Source: Vulcanimicrobiota bacterium (GTDB taxonomy: Bacteria > Vulcanimicrobiota > Xenobia > Xenobiales > JADMJV01). From it: a stretch of 64,000 nucleotides of DNA. The translations under genes and the position numbers were made by a program. This document shows, piece by piece, positions 62,301 to 64,000 of this stretch. The DNA is taken from assembly GCA_050250895.1 (NCBI GenBank), contig JBFWNU010000003.1:797137-861136 (forward strand), given 5' to 3'. Numbering within the stretch: the first letter of the stretch is position 1; each line of letters starts with the position of its first letter. Below the pieces are notes generated by a model that saw only the letters and a program-made list of their open reading frames with translations, was not told where the DNA came from and searched no databases.

Positions 62301-64000
62301 CTGCGTGCCGGAATCGCCGAGCTGATGCCCGCCAAGGCCTTTGCCGCCACCGGAGGTTTCACGAACGTCGCCCTGGCCACCGCCCAAGTTACCCCGAGGT
62401 TGTCCGCCGCCCTGGCCGTCGTGGCCGAGAATCCCGGTGCCGCCGAGATTCTGGTTGGCGGCCTGGTAGTCGCGTCCGCCGCCGAAGTCGCCGAGCGGCC
62501 CACCGCCTTTGGTCTGGTTGGAAAACTGCTTCGTGCCGGAATCGCCGAGCTGGTGCCCGCCAAGGCCTCTGCCGCCGTCGAAGGTCTCGCGATTACCGCC
62601 GGTCCGGCCCTGGCCGCCACCAAAGTCACCACGAGGACCTCCCTCGCCGATCTGTCCACCGATGTGAGGCCCTTGGCCGCCACCGGACGTTTCACGAACG
62701 TCGCCGGTCTGACCCTGGCCACCGCCAAAGTGGCCCCGAGGTTGTCCGCCGCCCTGGCTGTCGTGACCCAGAATCCCGCTTCCGCCGAGATTCTGGTTGG
62801 CCGCCTGGTAGTCGCGTCCGCCGCCGAGGTCGCCGAGCGGTCCACCGCCTCTGGTCTGGTTGGAAAACTGCTGCGTGCCGGAATCGCCGAGCTGATGCCC
62901 GCCAAGGCCTTTGCCGCCACCGGAGGTTTCACGAACGTCGCCCTGGCCACCGCCAAAGTTACCCCGAGGTTGTGCGCCGCCCTGGCCGTCGTGGCCGAGA
63001 ATCCCGGTGCCGCCGAGATTCTGGTTGGCGGCCTGGTAGTCGCGTCCGCCGCCGAAGTCGCCGAGCGGCCCACCGCCTCTGGTCTGGTTGGAAAACTGCT
63101 GCGTGCCGGAATCGCCGAGCTGATGCCCGCCAAGGCCTTTGCCGCCGTCGAAGGTCTCGCGGGTGCCGCCGGTCCGGCCCTGGCCGCCACCAAAGTCACC
63201 ACGAGGACCTCCCTCGCCGAGCTGCCCGCCGATGTGAGGCCCTTTGCCGCCACCGGAGGTTTCACGAACGTCGCCCTGGCCCCCGCCAAAGTTACCCCGA
63301 GGTTGTCCGCCGCCCTGGCCGTCGTGGCCGAGAATCCCGCTTCCGCCGAGATTCTGGTTGGCGGCCTGGTAGTCGCGTCCGCCGCCGAAGTCGCCGAGCG
63401 GCCCGCCGCCTCTGGTCTGGTTGGAAAACTGCTGCGTGCCGGAATCGCCGAGGTGGCGCCCGCCAAGGCCTTTGCCGCCACCGGAGGTTTCACGAACGTC
63501 GCCGGTCTGACCCTGGCCACCGCCAAAGTGGCCCCGAGGTTGTCCGCCGCCCTGGCTGTCGTGACCGAGAATCCCGCTTCCGCCGAGATTCTGGTTGGCG
63601 GCCTGATAGTCGCGTCCGCCGCCGAGGTCGCCGGGGGGGCCGCCGCCTCTGGTCTGGTTAGAAACCTGCTGCGTGCCGGAATCGCCGAGCTGATGCCCGC
63701 CAAGGCCTTTGCCGCCGTCGAAGGTCTCGCGGGTGCCGCCGGTCCGGCCCTGGCCGCCACCAAAGTCACCACGAGGACCTCCCTCGCCGATCTGTCCACC
63801 GATGTGAGGCCCTTGGCCGCCACCGGACGTTTCACGAACGTCGCCGGTCTGGCCCTGGCCACCGCCAAAGTGGCCCCGAGGTTGTCCGCCGCCCTGGCCG
63901 TCGTGGCCGAGAATCCCGCTTCCGCCGAGATTCTGGTTGGCGGCCTGGTAGTCGCGTCCGCCGCCGAAGTCGCCGAGCGGCCCGCCGCCTCTGGTCTGGT
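59376..64000 (-). CDS. Giant Gly-rich tandem-repeat protein with C-terminal zinc ribbon (5'-truncated by the window, more than 1500 aa)
   Basis: The frame of ORF 59376-62387 reads the same repeat at the window end (QTRGGGPLGDFGG at 63998) and no stop was seen; C-terminal CPRCG...CPIC. Confidence 0.85.
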   Translation of the reverse strand, partial: QTRGGGPLGDFGGGRDYQAANQNLGGSGILGHDGQGGGQPRGHFGGGQGQTGDVRETSGGGQGPHIGGQIGEGGPRGDFGGGQGRTGGTRETFDGGKGLGGHQLGDSGTQQVSNQTRGGGPPGDLGGGRDYQAANQNLGGSGILGHDSQGGGQPRGHFGGGQGQTGDVRETSGGGKGLGGRHLGDSGTQQFSNQTRGGGPLGDFGGGRDYQAANQNLGGSGILGHDGQGGGQPRGNFGGGQGDVRETSGGGKGPHIGGQLGEGGPRGDFGGGQGRTGGTRETFDGGKGLGGHQLGDSGTQQFSNQTRGGGPLGDFGGGRDYQAANQNLGGTGILGHDGQGGAQPRGNFGGGQGDVRETSGGGKGLGGHQLGDSGTQQFSNQTRGGGPLGDLGGGRDYQAANQNLGGSGILGHDSQGGGQPRGHFGGGQGQTGDVRETSGGGQGPHIGGQIGEGGPRGDFGGGQGRTGGNRETFDGGRGLGGHQLGDSGTKQFSNQTKGGGPLGDFGGGRDYQAANQNLGGTGILGHDGQGGGQPRGNLGGGQGDVRETSGGGKGLGGHQLGDSGTQQFSNQTRGGGHQLGDFGGGRDYQAANQNLGGTGILGHDGQGGGQPRGNLGGGQGDVRETSDGGRGLGGRQLGDSGTQQFSNQTRGGGPPGDLGGGRDYQAANQNLGGSGILGHDSQGGGQPRGNFGGGQGDVRETSGGGKGLGGHQLGDSGTQQFSNQTRRGGPLGDFGGGRDYQAANQNLGGSGILGHDSQGGGQPRGNFGGGQGQTGAIRETSGGGQSDSKPLGNLGGGGQLRANSHNLGGSGLLGQDSSGGGQGQTGGQPLQTGGDGKGQGGGQPLGNFGAGQATSHLVGGGGQGQSGGQLHETSGVKPLHTGGQGENKPLGNSGASQLQANSHIGGGGQGQTGGQLHETSGVKPLHTGEGKGQGENKPLGNSGASQLQANSHIGGGGQGQTGGQLHETSGVKPLHTGGQGENKPLGNSGASQLQANSHFGGGGQGQTGGQLHETSGVKPLHTGGQGESKPLGNLADGQRQANNLGQGGVRAASVGEPVGPASHPALEQSRVPADVQAEKAAARGPSPAQSEAARTEQPKAQPTEAKAEVERAKATEPAKAGTEAPKPEPPRPSLVSAQSAQPAKTPQVLQELMQGLRQWHPDYSAQQLAELAGSLGVRFSPQEIAAAAAGTGASTVSPAQAKQAPKTLSREEVLKVTVEDLLPKEWDLKAPPQIVKGAVQIEISANLPNAKSIKETMVTKFFEKTGQQLTVVESFAVSRIEQQRAPAPSAAVPEEQAVVEEKAVVAEQVAEAAATKAATPVTPTRAKPTDQDAARVAAELAVPVVDMAELVAAEELIDEDPIRTIGRARSSSEHSRRLGSGSDGSGSTSGSDSDPKDNTNIHAKEHGSNDGGGEQSGGQGREGQQERVDRVPLGQDIEVYEQSDQGEQKRSSCPRCGTDLPESQASSCPICAQTSSDVMAMVKVHYRRSGEKFLAAADTFVSSDNARTAIESGAVEQVISLRYVPTIPGHKEMIRMGAKA
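60900..61410 (-). repeat. Coding tandem repeat B, four copies of 138-147 bp (46-49 aa)
   Basis: GAGGCTTGACGCCGGAGG recurs near 60941, 61079, 61226 and 61364. Confidence 0.9.
61680..64000 (-). repeat. Coding tandem repeat A, about 9 copies of 228-237 bp with an optional module of about 105 bp
   Basis: GTTTCACGAACGTCGCC recurs at intervals of about 230 or 335 bp; unit GGGQGDVRETSGGGKGLGGHQLGDSGTQQFSNQTRGGGPLGDFGGGRDYQAANQNLGGSGILGHDSQGGGQPRGNF. Confidence 0.9.

Noticed and set aside
60542-63868. 1108-aa Ala/Arg/Thr-rich ORF in an alternative frame
   Set aside because: It is a shadow frame of the GC-rich repeat; the Gly-rich frame connects to the globular C-terminus and the downstream operon
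61680-64000. Possible CRISPR array or non-coding satellite
   Set aside because: The units are about 230 bp, keep the reading frame, have no unique spacers and encode a continuous protein

Overview
A GC-rich (roughly 65% by eye) bacterial chromosomal window with about 65 protein-coding genes and no rRNA, tRNA or CRISPR array. The gene style loosely suggests a Vulcanimicrobiota/Eremiobacterota-like lineage, but that is a weak inference. Recognisable genes: sulfatase-like proteins, acyltransferase 3, a DUF1800/DUF1501 pair, an SLC13/TrkA-C permease, a GAF-HD-GYP-REC-GGDEF signalling protein, M61 peptidase, VOC proteins, DUF885, a lipase, NlpC/P60, an MhqO-MhqD-like fusion with an MhqR-like regulator, a TMEM189/FAD4-family desaturase, PilZ, tcdA, tatD, an SSS symporter, WbqC, an ankyrin lipoprotein and argCBD-argA. 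The most notable observations are: (1) an apparent ribosome-mediated attenuator in front of argC, made of an 18-aa leader peptide with four tandem Arg codons, alternative hairpins and an intrinsic terminator; (2) five translationally coupled, signal-peptide-bearing paralogs whose motif order matches a stripped-down secretin beta-domain; (3) three arrays of variable hairpins joined by a constant 9-nt purine linker, two of them flanking an accessory two-gene island as inverted repeats; (4) two DUF222-like HNH nuclease paralogs sharing a leaderless promoter with a GTTCG-N10-CGAAC palindrome, one flanked by a duplicated 3' end of its neighbour gene and the other disrupted by a palindromic miniature element; (5) a single-ORF MNT-HEPN toxin-antitoxin fusion; (6) several non-Sec proteins with FlgM-like N-termini; (7) a giant Gly-rich tandem-repeat protein that runs off the window end.
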